Shown here in pieces: positions 21,100 to 32,899 of a DNA stretch of 64,000 nucleotides. The translations under genes were made by a program, and so were the position numbers. The stretch's first letter is position 1; the number at the start of each line of letters is the position of its first letter. This DNA is from Gammaproteobacteria bacterium (GTDB taxonomy: Bacteria; Pseudomonadota; Gammaproteobacteria; Eutrophobiales; Eutrophobiaceae). A model generated the notes under the pieces. That model had not been told where the DNA came from. It did no database searches and worked only from the letters and a program-made list of their open reading frames with translations. The stretch lies in assembly GCA_965116495.1 (NCBI GenBank), contig OZ220696.1, positions 192,001 through 256,000 on the forward strand, read 5' to 3'.

Positions 21100-23733
21100 T
21101 TAATTTATATTCAGTGACATTGTAATCGTGTCGGTCAGGCACTTCAGTTTGGCGGCGTCGGTAATGACCCGGTTATTCCTGTCGGTGATATAGAAGATGT
21201 CTTCTACCCGTTCACCGTAGGTTGCGATTTTTGCCGCCTGCAGGCGCGTTCCGCAAAACTCCAGGGCAGACCCGACTGATGAGAGAAACCCGGTCCGGTC
21301 CGCTGCACTGACCTCCATGACATTGCGCTGGTTGTTATCGTCGATACTGAACTTGACACGGGTGGGAATGGAAAAATGCTGTAATCTCCTTGACCTGAGC
21401 CGTTCGGCACGTCGTATCGGACTATCCAGTGACAGCAGGTTTTGTTTGAGGGCGGTGATGACTTCTTTTTTTCGTTCCCGACCTTTTACGGTAACGCCGG
21501 ACTTCTCCAGTACGCTGAAAGTATCCAGGGTATAACCATGATTGGAATTCATGATACGGGCATCAACGACATTCAGGTCCAGCAGGTCCAGGGTGCGGGA
21601 GACCCGCGAGAATATGTTGTCATGGTCATGCATGTAAATAAACAGTGCGGTGGCGCCGCGCTCGGTCTCTTCCCGAAGCAGGATCAGGGGCAGCCGATCT
21701 GCGTTGCTTTTCATGATCGCCCGTGTGTGCCAGGCAATTTCCGTGGCAGAGTAGCGCATAAAATAGTCATCACTGAGATATGACCATATCGCTTCGGTAT
21801 CGGCGTCAGTTCCGCTTCCTTCGTTGATCACTGTCAGGGAACGGGTCTTCCTGTCTTCTATGAGTTCGTTTTTATTTATCGGGTTCTCCAGGCCGCGGTG
21901 CAGCGCAGACAGGGTTTTGTTGTACAGGTCAGCTATCAATGCCTCTTTCCAGCTGTTCCACAGGCCCGGGTTTGTCCCGTTAATATCAGCAACGGTCAAC
22001 AGGTACAGGTAATTCAGGTGAATGGTATCCCCGACTCTTTTAGCAAACTGGTTTATAACTTCCGGATCTTCGATGTCTTCTCTTTGCGCCGTTTTGGACA
22101 TCAACAGGTGATGTTCCACGAGCCAGGCGACCAGTTTTGCGTCATAATCGCTCAGGTGGTGCCTTTTACAGAACAGTTGCGCGTCGGTTGCGCCCAGGGT
22201 GGAATGATCACCGTGCCTTCCCTTGGCCATATCGTGGAACATTCCGGCAAAATAAAGTAATTCCTGTTTGGCTATCTGGTCCAGGACCTTACGGCACAGA
22301 GGGAATTTTGCCCTGTATTCATCCAGGCCAAAGCGCCGCATATTCTGGATTACAAACAGGATATGCTCGTCCACCGTATAGATATGGAACAGGTCGAATT
22401 GCATCAGTCCTTCAATTTTTGCGAATTCGGGCATGTACGCGCCGAGCACTCCATACTTGTGCATGCGTCTTAACTCATGCCCTACGCGATGCGGTTGGCG
22501 GATGATTTCCAGAAACAGGCTCTGACTTTTGATATCTTCCCTGAAGCCGTCGTCAATCAGGTTTAATGACTCCCTGATCAGTCTGACGGTACTGGCCCTG
22601 ACCCCTTTGATATTCTGGTTCTGCTGCAGTAACAGAAATATCTCAAGCAGGGCAATCGGGTATTTTTTAAAGACCTGCCGGTTCTTTACTTCGATAAAGT
22701 CATTCCTTACCTGAAAGCGTTTGTTAAGCGGCCTAATCGTTTCCCGCCGGCGTGCGTAAATAATCTCCTCCTGGAAATGTTGCAGCAGCATTTCATTCAG
22801 GCGGCTGATCTCCTTCACCGTCTGGTAGTAGATCTTCATGAATTGCTCTACGCCAGAGTTATCCTCAGTGGTGAAGCCAAATTTGCCGGCTACGTTTTTT
22901 TGGTGGTCGAATAACAACCGGTCTTCCCTTCTTCCGGAAACAACGTGCAGTGCATAACGGACGCGCCATAAAAAGTTGTGTCCCTTGTCCAGGCTGTCAT
23001 ATTCTTTCTGGGACAGGAAATTATGTTTGACCAGTTCCCTGAGCCGGTCCGCGCCGAAATGTCTTTTTGCAACCCAGCCGATCACCTGGATGTCGCGCAA
23101 TCCGCCCGGGCCTTCCTTGACATTGGGTTCCAGGTTGTTCTCGCTATCGTGGTATTTATGGTGTCGCGCTGCCTGTTCTTCCGACTTTGCAGCGAAGAAT
23201 TTTCTCGAAGGCCAGATTTTTTTGGGTCCCGTCAACCTGGACATGACTTCAAACAGGGCCGTATTACCGGCAATCAGCCTGGATTCCATGAGGTTGGTGG
23301 CAACCGTAATATCTGATTTCGCTTCGTGAACGCAGTCCTTGACTGTCCTGACGCTGTGTCCTACCTCCAGGCCCATATCCCAGAGAAAGGCGAGAAAGGA
23401 TTCAATACTGGATTTGAGGTGTTTTTGGCTGCGCGGTTTGATGAGCAACATCAGGTCCACGTCGGAAGCCGGCAGTAAATCCCCCCGCCCGTAACCGCCC
23501 ACTGCAACCAGCGCCATGGCGTCACTGTCTATATGATGATGCCACGCGTTGGTGAGTAACCGGTCGATCAACCAGGCCCGGCTGAATACAATCTCGCGAA
23601 TCGGCGTGCCGGCTTCAAACTGCCCAGTCAGGTAGTGATCACCCCGGTCCAGAGCGTGCTTATAGCAGCTTATATCGAGGGGGTCTCCGGCCAGGCTGGC
23701 TTTATCGAACAGCAAGGATTTTTCAACAGGCAT
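21100..23733 (-). CDS. glnD: PII uridylyltransferase / uridylyl-removing enzyme
   Basis: AVGGYGRG..SDVD, HD domain, two ACT domains; next to map. Confidence 0.97.
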   Translation of the reverse strand: MPVEKSLLFDKASLAGDPLDISCYKHALDRGDHYLTGQFEAGTPIREIVFSRAWLIDRLLTNAWHHHIDSDAMALVAVGGYGRGDLLPASDVDLMLLIKPRSQKHLKSSIESFLAFLWDMGLEVGHSVRTVKDCVHEAKSDITVATNLMESRLIAGNTALFEVMSRLTGPKKIWPSRKFFAAKSEEQAARHHKYHDSENNLEPNVKEGPGGLRDIQVIGWVAKRHFGADRLRELVKHNFLSQKEYDSLDKGHNFLWRVRYALHVVSGRREDRLLFDHQKNVAGKFGFTTEDNSGVEQFMKIYYQTVKEISRLNEMLLQHFQEEIIYARRRETIRPLNKRFQVRNDFIEVKNRQVFKKYPIALLEIFLLLQQNQNIKGVRASTVRLIRESLNLIDDGFREDIKSQSLFLEIIRQPHRVGHELRRMHKYGVLGAYMPEFAKIEGLMQFDLFHIYTVDEHILFVIQNMRRFGLDEYRAKFPLCRKVLDQIAKQELLYFAGMFHDMAKGRHGDHSTLGATDAQLFCKRHHLSDYDAKLVAWLVEHHLLMSKTAQREDIEDPEVINQFAKRVGDTIHLNYLYLLTVADINGTNPGLWNSWKEALIADLYNKTLSALHRGLENPINKNELIEDRKTRSLTVINEGSGTDADTEAIWSYLSDDYFMRYSATEIAWHTRAIMKSNADRLPLILLREETERGATALFIYMHDHDNIFSRVSRTLDLLDLNVVDARIMNSNHGYTLDTFSVLEKSGVTVKGRERKKEVITALKQNLLSLDSPIRRAERLRSRRLQHFSIPTRVKFSIDDNNQRNVMEVSAADRTGFLSSVGSALEFCGTRLQAAKIATYGERVEDIFYITDRNNRVITDAAKLKCLTDTITMSLNIN

Positions 23734-23741
23734 GCCGGCGC

Positions 23742-24509
23742 TTAGAATGTTTCCTCGGGACGCCTGGTCAATACTTCAAAGCCGTCGCCGGTTACCAGGA
23801 TGGTATGTTCCCACTGTGCTGAAAGAGAATGGTCCTTGGTCACGACGGTCCAGTTGTCGGGTAGCAGTTTAACATGACGTCTGCCGGCATTAATCATGGG
23901 TTCTATGGTAAATGTCATCCCGGCCTCAAGCACCAACCCGGTGCCCGGTATGCCGTAATGCAGGACCTGCGGGTCCTCGTGAAACTGTCTGCCGATGCCG
24001 TGGCCGCAATATTCCTGCACAACCGAGAAATGTCTGGATTCGGCATAAGATTGGATAGCGTGGCCTATATCACCCAGACGCGTCCCGGGTTTGACCATGC
24101 CGATCCCCAGCACCAGGCATTCATAAGTACTGTCAACCAGTCGACGGGCACGTACTGACGGCTCGCCGACACAGAACATCTTGCTCGTGTCGCCGTGAAA
24201 CTCATCTTTTATCACGGTGATGTCTATGTTGATGATGTCGCCGTTTCTCAATCGTTTATTCCCGGGGATGCCGTGGCAGACCACGTGATTGATGGAGGTG
24301 CAGATAGACTTGGGAAAACCACGGTAGTTTAACGGCGCAGGTATTGCGTCCAGTTCTCCGGTGATGTATTCATGGCATATGCGATCGAGATCGGCGGTGG
24401 CAATGCCTGCCTTTACGTGGGGTTCCACCATGGTAAGGACTGAGGAGGCCAGGGCGCCTGCAACGCGCATTTTCTCAATCTCTTCTGCTGTTTTTAGCGA
24501 AATTGTCAT
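23742..24509 (-). CDS. map: Methionine aminopeptidase type I
   Basis: CHGIP, DTSKMF, GHGIG..FHE, EPMIN, QWEHT; start MTISLK at 24509. Confidence 0.97.
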   Translation of the reverse strand: MTISLKTAEEIEKMRVAGALASSVLTMVEPHVKAGIATADLDRICHEYITGELDAIPAPLNYRGFPKSICTSINHVVCHGIPGNKRLRNGDIINIDITVIKDEFHGDTSKMFCVGEPSVRARRLVDSTYECLVLGIGMVKPGTRLGDIGHAIQSYAESRHFSVVQEYCGHGIGRQFHEDPQVLHYGIPGTGLVLEAGMTFTIEPMINAGRRHVKLLPDNWTVVTKDHSLSAQWEHTILVTGDGFEVLTRRPEETF

Positions 24510-24548
24510 AGCATTTTCGTAGAAATATTTGTTGCTCCAGGGCATCTA

Positions 24549-24562
24549 TGTTATAAAGCGCC
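24549..24562 (+). promoter_or_regulatory. Extended -10 promoter of rpsB-tsf
   Basis: TGTTATAAAGCGCC resembles the conserved gammaproteobacterial rpsB promoter plus GC-rich discriminator. Confidence 0.6.
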
Positions 24563-24586
24563 TGCTGTTATGGCAAGATAACTGTT

Positions 24587-24744
24587 TTAAGGGCACCTCT
24601 AAAAATTAGAGGTGCCCGCGCAGCATAGGGATATGCTGCTATTTTTAATCACGCAAGTGATTGAAAATGAAGGAAACGGGAAATCGCATTTTTCGTTTCC
24701 GTCTCTAAAAATGCCCAGGATGGCATTTTTAGAGGTTACTTTAA
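24587..24744. mobile_element. MITE-like structured element in the rpsB leader region
   Basis: Ends TTAAGGGCACCTCTAAAAA and TTTTTAGAGGTTACTTTAA are imperfect inverted repeats; several internal hairpins. Confidence 0.65.
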
Positions 24745-24757
24745 TACACTTTAAATA

Positions 24758-24848
24758 CGCACGCACATCGCAGAGCGCATATCTGGGTCCCGGCCACTGA
24801 TTCTGTAAGTCGCCGGGTGAAATGCGGGATGTGCGGAGGCTTAACCCT
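24758..24848 (+). ncRNA. rpsB leader (t44 / S2 autoregulatory RNA)
   Basis: CACGCACATC...GGGT...GGGATGTGCGGAGGCTTAACCC matches the rpsB 5'UTR architecture. Confidence 0.75.
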
Positions 24849-24863
24849 GTAAGGAGTATCATT

Positions 24864-26333
24864 ATGTCTGAAATCAGCATGCGAGAAATGCTGGAGGCGG
24901 GGGTCCATTTTGGTCACCAGACCCGCTATTGGAATCCCAGAATGGCCGCTTACCTGTTCGGCCACCGTAATAAAATTCATATTATCGACCTGGAGAAGAC
25001 CAAGATACTGTTCCAGGAAGCCTTGAATTTTGCCAGTAAGCTGTCGGCGAATAAAGGGACCATCCTGTTCGTTGGAACAAAACGCGCCGCGCAACAGATT
25101 ATCAAGGAAGAAGCACAGCGCTGCGCTATGCCTTATATCAACCTGCGCTGGCTAGGTGGCCTGCTGACCAATTACCAGACGGTCAAACAGTCTATTAACC
25201 GCTTGAGGGACCTGGAGGAGATGAAAACCGACGGTAGCATGGAACGCATGAGTAAAAAAGAGATCCTGCATTTTGAAAGGGAACTGGAGAAACTGGAGCG
25301 GAACCTGTCGGGCATCAAGGATATGAACGGCTGGCCGGATGCATTGTTTGTGATTGACGTAGGCTATGAGGATATCGCCGTCAGTGAAGCGGTGAAACTT
25401 AAGATACCTGTTATCGGCATCGTAGACAGCAATAACAGCCCCGTAGGCGTTGATTACGTTATACCGGGTAATGATGATGCCATACGGTCGATCAGGTTGT
25501 ACACCAAAGCCGTCGCCGACGCCATCATTACGGGCAAGGATTCCGTCGCGCACCTGGGCGAGAGAGGGGATAAGGACGAATTTGTGGAGCTTGATGCCGA
25601 GGGCGCACCGATTGTCGAGGCCAGGCCGGAAAAAGTCCAGGTCAAAAAGAAAGTCGCCAAGAAGAGAGCGAAGAAGGTGGGGGAGGCCAAAGCCGACAGT
25701 ACCAAGGAACAGAAAAGTGCTGCTCAAGTTGAGGAACAAGCGGTTGAAGCGGCAGCTGAGTTGAACAAGGAAGATGCCGAAGCTGCAGAAAAGGAAGATG
25801 CCGGAACTGCCGAGCCCGTAGAGAAGGAGGCCGGGACCGCAGAAAAGGAAGATGCCGGAACTGCCGAGCCCGTAGAGAAGGAGGCCGGGACCGCAGAAAA
25901 GGAAGATGTATCAAATCCTGAAATGCAACCAGAAGAAGCGGCCGCGTCTGATGAGGACCAAGCCCGGAAAGCCGCGACTCATAGGTTGGTCGAGATAGCA
26001 AGCCAACGGGAACAACTTATTACTTACAAGGATTTATCCGATTGGATTAAAACTGAGACTGGTATTCTAATTCCATACAGTGGTTCACAAATGTACGTAA
26101 TGCTTGACGATATCAGCAAGGCCGAGAACCAGGCAGGAAGGGGACTGTTAAGCGCTCTTGTTGTTCGCGGAAGAGAAAAGACACCTGGCCGTGGTTTTTA
26201 TAATCTTGCCAAAGGGCTGGGTAAGGATATAGGCACAACTGATGAAGAGAAAGAGGAGTTTTGGAAAAAAGAATTAGACACAGTTTATGACTCCCATACA
26301 GGCGCCACTCCCGCGCAAGCGGGAGTCCAGTAA
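24864..26333 (+). CDS. rpsB: 30S ribosomal protein S2 with a very long C-terminal extension (489 aa)
   Basis: [28 protein letters not shown]; frame stays open about 250 aa beyond the S2 core. Confidence 0.95.
   Translation: MSEISMREMLEAGVHFGHQTRYWNPRMAAYLFGHRNKIHIIDLEKTKILFQEALNFASKLSANKGTILFVGTKRAAQQIIKEEAQRCAMPYINLRWLGGLLTNYQTVKQSINRLRDLEEMKTDGSMERMSKKEILHFERELEKLERNLSGIKDMNGWPDALFVIDVGYEDIAVSEAVKLKIPVIGIVDSNNSPVGVDYVIPGNDDAIRSIRLYTKAVADAIITGKDSVAHLGERGDKDEFVELDAEGAPIVEARPEKVQVKKKVAKKRAKKVGEAKADSTKEQKSAAQVEEQAVEAAAELNKEDAEAAEKEDAGTAEPVEKEAGTAEKEDAGTAEPVEKEAGTAEKEDVSNPEMQPEEAAASDEDQARKAATHRLVEIASQREQLITYKDLSDWIKTETGILIPYSGSQMYVMLDDISKAENQAGRGLLSALVVRGREKTPGRGFYNLAKGLGKDIGTTDEEKEEFWKKELDTVYDSHTGATPAQAGVQ
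25785..25908 (+). repeat. 54-bp in-frame tandem repeat (about 2.3 copies) in rpsB
   Basis: Identical units at 25785-25838 and 25839-25892 encoding [18 protein letters not shown]. Confidence 0.95.
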
Positions 26334-26395
26334 GATTAAGAGTCGCCTGCGGGGACACAATATTCCAATGGATTCCCGCTTGCGCGGGAGTGGGG
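26303..26395. repeat. Inverted pair of dRS3-like REP units at the rpsB stop
   Basis: ACTCCCGCGCAAGCGGGAGTCCA ... TGGATTCCCGCTTGCGCGGGAGT. Confidence 0.8.
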
Positions 26396-26483
26396 ATAGC
26401 AGGGGATTTCCGCAACGAGTAACGGTGGACAGACTTGAGGTCTATCCCCAGGTAACCGAAGTCAAATAGGATTGAGAAAGATT

Positions 26484-27377
26484 ATGCAAATTTCTGCATC
26501 GATGGTAAAAGAATTGAGGGATAGAACCGGGGCCGGGATGATGGATTGTAAAAAGGCATTACAGGAAACCGCTGGCGATATTGAAGCTGCAATTGATGCG
26601 ATGCGAAAATCCGGTATAGCCAAAGCGGCAAAAAAAGCAGGGCGTATCGCGGCTGAGGGTACAATAGTGATTCAACCGGATCATGCCGGCAACCAGGCGG
26701 TGATACTGGAAGTGAATTGTGAAACTGACTTCGTCGCCAAGGATGAAAACTTCCAGGATTTTTCCCGGCAGCTTGCAACCGTGCTCCTGGATCAATGCAA
26801 CGGATCAACGGATGGTCTGGAAGACCTGCCGTTAAACACAATGCAATCCGGGACGGTGGAGGAAGCCAGACTGCAATTGGTGACAAAGCTGGGAGAAAAT
26901 ATCAGTGTTCGCCGCTATGCCCGGATCAATAAAACAACCGGTGGCGCCCTGGGTATCTATGTGCACGGCATCAGGATAGGTGTAATTGTGGATTTGTCTA
27001 CGGATAATCCCGTGCTGGCGAAAGACCTCGCCATGCATATCGCGGCGGCCAACCCGTTATGCGTGGATGAACAGGATGTCCCGCAAGAGGTGTTGGAGAA
27101 GGAACGGGAAATCCAACTCGCCCAGGCAAGACAATCCGGAAAACCCGATGAAATTGTCGAGAAAATGGTAAGCGGCAGGATGAAGAAGTTTTTGCGGGAA
27201 AACACCTTGTCGGGGCAGGCATTCGTCAAGGACCCCGATATCACCGTTGCCGCCCTGTTAAAGGCAAATAATGCGTCAGTGAAGGGTTTTATCAGGTATG
27301 AGGTGGGTGAGGGGATCGAAAAGAAAGTGGATAACTTTGCGGCAGAAGTCATGCAACAGGCCGGATTGACCAAGTAG
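26484..27377 (+). CDS. tsf: Elongation factor Ts
   Basis: [27 protein letters not shown]. Confidence 0.98.
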   Translation: MQISASMVKELRDRTGAGMMDCKKALQETAGDIEAAIDAMRKSGIAKAAKKAGRIAAEGTIVIQPDHAGNQAVILEVNCETDFVAKDENFQDFSRQLATVLLDQCNGSTDGLEDLPLNTMQSGTVEEARLQLVTKLGENISVRRYARINKTTGGALGIYVHGIRIGVIVDLSTDNPVLAKDLAMHIAAANPLCVDEQDVPQEVLEKEREIQLAQARQSGKPDEIVEKMVSGRMKKFLRENTLSGQAFVKDPDITVAALLKANNASVKGFIRYEVGEGIEKKVDNFAAEVMQQAGLTK

Positions 27378-27384
27378 GTGTCCC

Positions 27385-28116
27385 TTGCCTAAAGTTCCGG
27401 AACTGCATTATCGAAGAATTTTAATAAAGCTGAGCGGCGAAGCGTTAGTGGGCGAAGCCGCATACGGGATTGATCCTGCAACGATAAAGCGGCTGGCGAA
27501 CGAGATTCGCGAATTGGGTCTGAATGGCGCAGAAATAGCCCTCGTTCTGGGTGCGGGAAATTTTTTCAGGGGATCGGGTCTTGCCGCTGCGGGGATCGAT
27601 CGGGTAACGGCAGACCATATGGGTATGCTGGCTACCATTATGAACTCTCTCGCCTTGCAGGATGCCCTGGAGCAACTCGGTTCCTTTGCCAGGGTGATGT
27701 CGGCAATTGAAATCAACGAAGTCTGTGAAGATTACATCAGGCGGCGGGCAGTGCGTCACCTGGAAAAAGGCCGCGTGGTGATTTTTGCTGCCGGTACGGG
27801 AAACCCTTTTTTTACCACGGATTCAGCTGCAAGTCTGAGAGCCGTCGAGATCAATGCCGACCTGTTAATCAAGGCAACCAAGGTGGACGGAATTTATTCC
27901 GCAGATCCGGTCCGGGATAAATCGGCAATAAGGTATGACATTTTGAGTTATGATGAAGTTATCGAGCGAAAGCTTGCAGTTATGGATACGACTGCCATCG
28001 TGTTGTGCCGGGAAAATCACATGCCTCTTCGAGTATTGAATATGATGCAGCCCGGCGCCTTGTTGCGGACCGCCAGGGGTATGCCGGAAGGTACACTTGT
28101 GACCGGAAATGTTTAG
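27385..28116 (+). CDS. pyrH: UMP kinase
   Basis: [20 protein letters not shown]. Confidence 0.97.
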   Translation: MPKVPELHYRRILIKLSGEALVGEAAYGIDPATIKRLANEIRELGLNGAEIALVLGAGNFFRGSGLAAAGIDRVTADHMGMLATIMNSLALQDALEQLGSFARVMSAIEINEVCEDYIRRRAVRHLEKGRVVIFAAGTGNPFFTTDSAASLRAVEINADLLIKATKVDGIYSADPVRDKSAIRYDILSYDEVIERKLAVMDTTAIVLCRENHMPLRVLNMMQPGALLRTARGMPEGTLVTGNV

Positions 28117-28178
28117 CCACAAAGAGCACTCGGTATAACGGGTGGCGCCAGGTAGTTTCACGTTCTTGGAGAATCATC

Positions 28179-28736
28179 ATGATTGAAGAAATTCTCAAAG
28201 ATGCTGATGAGCGCATGAATAAAACGCTCAAGGCATTACGCAATGAACTTTCAAAGATTCGTACCGGAAGAGCCCACACAAGTCTGTTGGAACATATCAG
28301 CGTTAACTACTATGGAAGCCAGGTTCCGTTAAACCAGGCAGCCAATATCAACGTCCTGGATGCCCGTACGCTGGGCGTGACGCCGTGGGATAAGAGCTTG
28401 GTTGGCGACATTGAGAAGGCGATACTGAATTCTGACCTGGGGTTGAACCCGGTGACTACCGGTACTGTAATGCGTGTCCCCCTGCCCGCGTTGACACAGG
28501 AGCGCAGGAAGGAATTGACGCGGGTCGTCCGGTCGGAAGCGGAGAAAGCCAGGGTATCCATCCGCAATATCCGCCGAGACGCAAACCATCACTTAAAGGA
28601 ATTGTTGAAGGAAAAGCTCATTACTGAAGATGAAGACAGAAGACAGGAAGACAAAATCCAGAAGATCACCGATGTGCATATAAAGGACGTTGATAGTATC
28701 CTCGAGGATAAAGAGATGGAGCTGATGGAGATCTAG
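28179..28736 (+). CDS. frr: Ribosome recycling factor
   Basis: [14 protein letters not shown]; ATG at 28179. Confidence 0.97.
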   Translation: MIEEILKDADERMNKTLKALRNELSKIRTGRAHTSLLEHISVNYYGSQVPLNQAANINVLDARTLGVTPWDKSLVGDIEKAILNSDLGLNPVTTGTVMRVPLPALTQERRKELTRVVRSEAEKARVSIRNIRRDANHHLKELLKEKLITEDEDRRQEDKIQKITDVHIKDVDSILEDKEMELMEI

Positions 28737-28767
28737 CATCGTATCAACTGGCGCTATATCCGGGCTG

Positions 28768-29496
28768 ATGGGAAACATGCCAGGACACATCGCCATTGTC
28801 ATGGATGGCAACGGCAGGTGGGCAAAAAGCAGGGGACTGCCACGCGCAGCCGGTCATAGAGCCGGTATAAGTGCATTGCGTGAAACGGTCGAACACAGTA
28901 TTCGCCGCGGGATCCGGACACTTACCGTTTATGTTTTCAGCAGCGAAAACTGGCAGCGGCCGGATACCGAGGTAGCATTGTTGATTGAACTGTTCATCAA
29001 TGCGTTGAATGACGAGATCGACGAGTTGTATAAAAATAATGTCCGCCTGTCTTTTATCGGTGACATTTCTGTATTTCCGGAAGAATTGCAGTACTCAGTC
29101 CGGCATGCCGGATACAAAACCTCGGCAAATCACGGATTAAACCTGGTTATAGCGATAAATTATGGCGGCCGTCAGGAGATTGTATCCGCCTGCAAGAAGC
29201 TCTTTGCTGCATCGTCCGCAGCAAATCGGGGCGAAGATTATGTCTCGGAAGAGACGTTAAGGCGTTACCTGGAACTGCCGGAATATCCTGATCTGTTTAT
29301 TCGCACAGGTGGAGAGGTGCGTATCAGTAATTTCCTGTTGTGGCAACTGGCTTATACGGAAATGTATTTTACCGATGTGTACTGGCCGGATTTTAACGCT
29401 GCCGAGTTTGACAAGGCGTTGGAGTCCTATATCGGCAGGCAGCGTCGTTTCGGTCGCACATCAGAACAACTCAGGCAGCATGAAAATACAGGTTAA
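28768..29496 (+). CDS. uppS: Undecaprenyl diphosphate synthase
   Basis: IVMDGNGRWA, FSSENW, RTGGEVRISNFLLWQ. Confidence 0.97.
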   Translation: MGNMPGHIAIVMDGNGRWAKSRGLPRAAGHRAGISALRETVEHSIRRGIRTLTVYVFSSENWQRPDTEVALLIELFINALNDEIDELYKNNVRLSFIGDISVFPEELQYSVRHAGYKTSANHGLNLVIAINYGGRQEIVSACKKLFAASSAANRGEDYVSEETLRRYLELPEYPDLFIRTGGEVRISNFLLWQLAYTEMYFTDVYWPDFNAAEFDKALESYIGRQRRFGRTSEQLRQHENTG

Positions 29497-30313
29497 TCCA
29501 CGCGTCAGCACTGCCCTGGTATTAATACCGCTGGTTCTGGTAGTTACCGTTTACGGTACACACGTACTGTTCGCCGGTTTATGCGCCGTTGCAATTCTGG
29601 CGGGCACCTGGGAATGGACAGGTCTGGCAGGACCGCGGCAAAGACGCTGGAAAGCTGGTGTATTGATAGTCACCGCGTTGCTTTTGACAGCCTGTTACTT
29701 CAATATTGGCAGTATTATGACGTTGTTTATCTTGGGTTTTTCGCTTGCCTGGTGGGTAGTGGCCCTGGTATTGATCCTGCGCCGGCAAGACGGTAAAAAT
29801 TTCAGCCCCCCAGCGGTATTACAGACGGGCATCGGTATTATTGTATTGGTTCCGGCCTGGGTATCGCTGGTTGCACTGCATGCTCATCCTGAATTGCAGG
29901 GGCCTGTACTGGTAGCCTGTCTGTTTATATTGATCTGGATGGCGGACACCGGGGCCTATTACGTAGGTCAAAGATGGGGCAGGAAAAAACTTGTCAGCCA
30001 GGTCAGTCCGGGTAAAACCTGGGAGGGTTTATACGGTGCTCTCGGGTTTGGCATGTGCGCCGCGGCCATGTCTGCCCTGATGCTGCAAATGACGCTGTAC
30101 AAGTCCATACTGTTTCTGCTGGTCTGCCTGATCACGCTGGCCATGTCTGTTGTCGGAGACCTCTTGGAAAGTATGATAAAGAGAAGTGGAGGTGTGAAGG
30201 ACAGCGGAGGGTTGTTGCCCGGCCACGGAGGTGCGTTGGACCGGATTGACAGTCTCACTGCGGCGGCGCCGGTATTTTTCACAGGTGTCCTGTTAATGGA
30301 GAGAGTAAATTGA
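29480..30313 (+). CDS. cdsA: Phosphatidate cytidylyltransferase
   Basis: [25 protein letters not shown]; start probably 29480. Confidence 0.95.
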   Translation: MKIQVNPRVSTALVLIPLVLVVTVYGTHVLFAGLCAVAILAGTWEWTGLAGPRQRRWKAGVLIVTALLLTACYFNIGSIMTLFILGFSLAWWVVALVLILRRQDGKNFSPPAVLQTGIGIIVLVPAWVSLVALHAHPELQGPVLVACLFILIWMADTGAYYVGQRWGRKKLVSQVSPGKTWEGLYGALGFGMCAAAMSALMLQMTLYKSILFLLVCLITLAMSVVGDLLESMIKRSGGVKDSGGLLPGHGGALDRIDSLTAAAPVFFTGVLLMERVN

Positions 30314-31491
30314 TCGGTGTAACTATCCTGGGATCAACCGGTAGTATCGGGATAAGTACACTGGATGTAATGTCCAGGCACAGGGATTTGTTCGAACTGG
30401 TCGCACTTACGGGGAATACCAACGTCAGGGGTATGCTTGAGCAATGCCTCGTGTGGAGGCCGATGTATGCCGCCATGGCGGACACTGAAGCCGCCGACCT
30501 GTTGCAGGATGCGCTGAAACACGAGGCGCCGGACATCAAGGTGCTATCAGGACAGGAGGGACTGCAGGAGGTCGCCGGCTGTGACGAGACAGACTACGTG
30601 ATGGCCGCAATTGTCGGCGCCGCGGGTTTACTGCCTACACTGGCGGCTGCGCGCAGCGGCAAGCGGGTATTGCTTGCCAATAAGGAAGCGTTGGTCATGT
30701 CGGGAAAATTGTTTATGGATGCTGTAAGGGAAAGCGGCGCCCAGTTACTGCCCATCGACAGTGAGCACAATGCCATCTTCCAGTGTATGCCGCGCAATTT
30801 CAACAATGGATTGGAACAGGCCGGCGTAACGCGCATCCTGCTGACCGCATCGGGTGGGCCGTTCCGGACAAAACGCTTGCAAGAGTTGAGAAATGTGACG
30901 CCTGCCGAGGCATGTGCACATCCCAACTGGGATATGGGAAGGAAGATATCGGTGGATTCCGCCACCATGATGAACAAGGGACTGGAAGTGATTGAAGCCT
31001 GCTGGCTGTTTGATACGACAACTGAGAGTGTTGAGGTCGTCATCCATCCGGAGAGTGTTATTCATTCCCTGGTTGAGTATTCCGATGGTTCGGTCCTGGC
31101 GCAGTTGGGAAATCCTGATATGCGCACGCCCATAGCCCATGCCATGGCCTGGCCGGGACGAATCGACTCCGGAGTGGAGAAACTGAGCCTGTCGGATATC
31201 TCACAGTTGAACTTTGAAAAACCCGACCCGGACAGGTTCCCATGCCTGGGGCTGGCCAGGCAGGCATTGGCCGAGGGGGGAGCGGCCACGACGATATTGA
31301 ATGCCGCCAATGAAGTTGCGGTTGCGGAATTTCTGGGAAACCATATCAGGTATACGGCGATAGCGGATGTTGTGAAACAGACCCTGGACGGTGTTGTAAA
31401 CCAGGCTGCCGATACGCTGGAACAGGTCCTGGACGCGGACAGGCGGGCCAGGGATTACGCAGATGATCAATGCAGGAGGCTATATTCATGA
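30310..31491 (+). CDS. dxr: 1-deoxy-D-xylulose 5-phosphate reductoisomerase
   Basis: [24 protein letters not shown]. Confidence 0.98.
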   Translation: MIGVTILGSTGSIGISTLDVMSRHRDLFELVALTGNTNVRGMLEQCLVWRPMYAAMADTEAADLLQDALKHEAPDIKVLSGQEGLQEVAGCDETDYVMAAIVGAAGLLPTLAAARSGKRVLLANKEALVMSGKLFMDAVRESGAQLLPIDSEHNAIFQCMPRNFNNGLEQAGVTRILLTASGGPFRTKRLQELRNVTPAEACAHPNWDMGRKISVDSATMMNKGLEVIEACWLFDTTTESVEVVIHPESVIHSLVEYSDGSVLAQLGNPDMRTPIAHAMAWPGRIDSGVEKLSLSDISQLNFEKPDPDRFPCLGLARQALAEGGAATTILNAANEVAVAEFLGNHIRYTAIADVVKQTLDGVVNQAADTLEQVLDADRRARDYADDQCRRLYS

Positions 31492-32858
31492 TCGACGTAG
31501 TGCAGATGATTTTTGCGTTTATCTTCGCCCTGGGGATCTTGATCACCTTTCATGAGTTCGGGCATTACTGGGTTGCCAGGAAATGCGATGTAAAAATCCT
31601 GCGATTTTCAGTTGGCTTCGGACGTCCCCTGTGGCGGAAGGAATTCGGCAGGGATAATACCGAGTTCATCGTAGGCGCAGTCCCACTGGGCGGCTACGTG
31701 AAAATGCTGGACGAACGGGAGGACACCGTGCCCGAGACGGAACGAACCAGGGCATTTAATAACAAGTCACTCGGTGAGCGGTTTGCCATTGTCGTAGCCG
31801 GACCGTTATTCAATTTTATTTTTGCCGTGCTGGCTTACTGGATTATCTATGTAATCGGGACCACCGGGTTGAAACCCCTGGTCGGCTACGTAGAGGCGGG
31901 TTCTGTTGCCATGCAGGCCGGTTTTCGGGTAGATGATGAAATTACGGGAATTAACGGACAGGGAACACCAACCTGGAATACGGCCCTGGAGAAACTGGTC
32001 GGCAGCGTGATAGACCGCAGCATGGCGACTGTCAGTGTAAGGGATACCCAGGGATACGAACGTTTGCTGGAACTCGACCTCGCCTCAATATCGATTGATG
32101 CCATGGCCCAGGGCAACCTGCTGCGCCTGCTGGGTATCGAACCCGTGCGCCCGGCCGTACCCGCCATTATAGGTGAGGTTGCAAACCTGGGCGCCGCCCG
32201 GGAAGCCGGCATGGTAGCAGGTGACAGAATAGTAGCCGTTGACGGCGCGCCCGTCAGGAGTTGGCAACACTGGGTGGAACTCATCAGGGCTGCGCCAGGG
32301 GTTTCCCTGTCCGTCAGGATAAACAGGGATGGTGAATACCTGGAGACAGAATTAACGCCCGGGGAAAAGGTCTCTGAGCAGGGAGAAACCATTGGTTACA
32401 TAGGCGTAGGCCTGGACCCGGACTACGATGTTGACGGTTCGCTGTTTGCGATTGAAGCCTATCCGCTCCATACCGCCCTGGTTAAAGGGATCGGCAAGAC
32501 ATTTGACATGACCGTTACCACCCTGCAGATACTGGGCAGGATGATAACCGGTCAGGCTTCGCTGAAAAACCTGAGCGGCCCGGTCAGTATTGCCCAATAT
32601 GCAGGGCAGACTGCGCAGCTGGGTATCGTCGCCTTCCTGGGGTTTCTGGCTATTGTCAGTATCAGTCTTGGGGTGTTGAACCTGTTGCCTGTTCCATTAC
32701 TGGACGGCGGTCACCTGTTCTATTTTTTCATAGAGTTTTTCAAGGGTAGTCCGGTATCCGTTCCCATACAACTGCTTGGTCAGCGTATCGGTATTATGCT
32801 GCTGTTCGGCCTTATGGTCCTAGCCTTTTATAATGATATTACCAGACTTGCCGGGTGA
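31488..32858 (+). CDS. rseP: RIP metalloprotease RseP
   Basis: HEFGH, two PDZ regions, [11 protein letters not shown]. Confidence 0.97.
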   Translation: MIDVVQMIFAFIFALGILITFHEFGHYWVARKCDVKILRFSVGFGRPLWRKEFGRDNTEFIVGAVPLGGYVKMLDEREDTVPETERTRAFNNKSLGERFAIVVAGPLFNFIFAVLAYWIIYVIGTTGLKPLVGYVEAGSVAMQAGFRVDDEITGINGQGTPTWNTALEKLVGSVIDRSMATVSVRDTQGYERLLELDLASISIDAMAQGNLLRLLGIEPVRPAVPAIIGEVANLGAAREAGMVAGDRIVAVDGAPVRSWQHWVELIRAAPGVSLSVRINRDGEYLETELTPGEKVSEQGETIGYIGVGLDPDYDVDGSLFAIEAYPLHTALVKGIGKTFDMTVTTLQILGRMITGQASLKNLSGPVSIAQYAGQTAQLGIVAFLGFLAIVSISLGVLNLLPVPLLDGGHLFYFFIEFFKGSPVSVPIQLLGQRIGIMLLFGLMVLAFYNDITRLAG

Positions 32859-32899
32859 ACGATGGATTTGTCGGGCCGAGTGCTTTAATATAGGTAATC

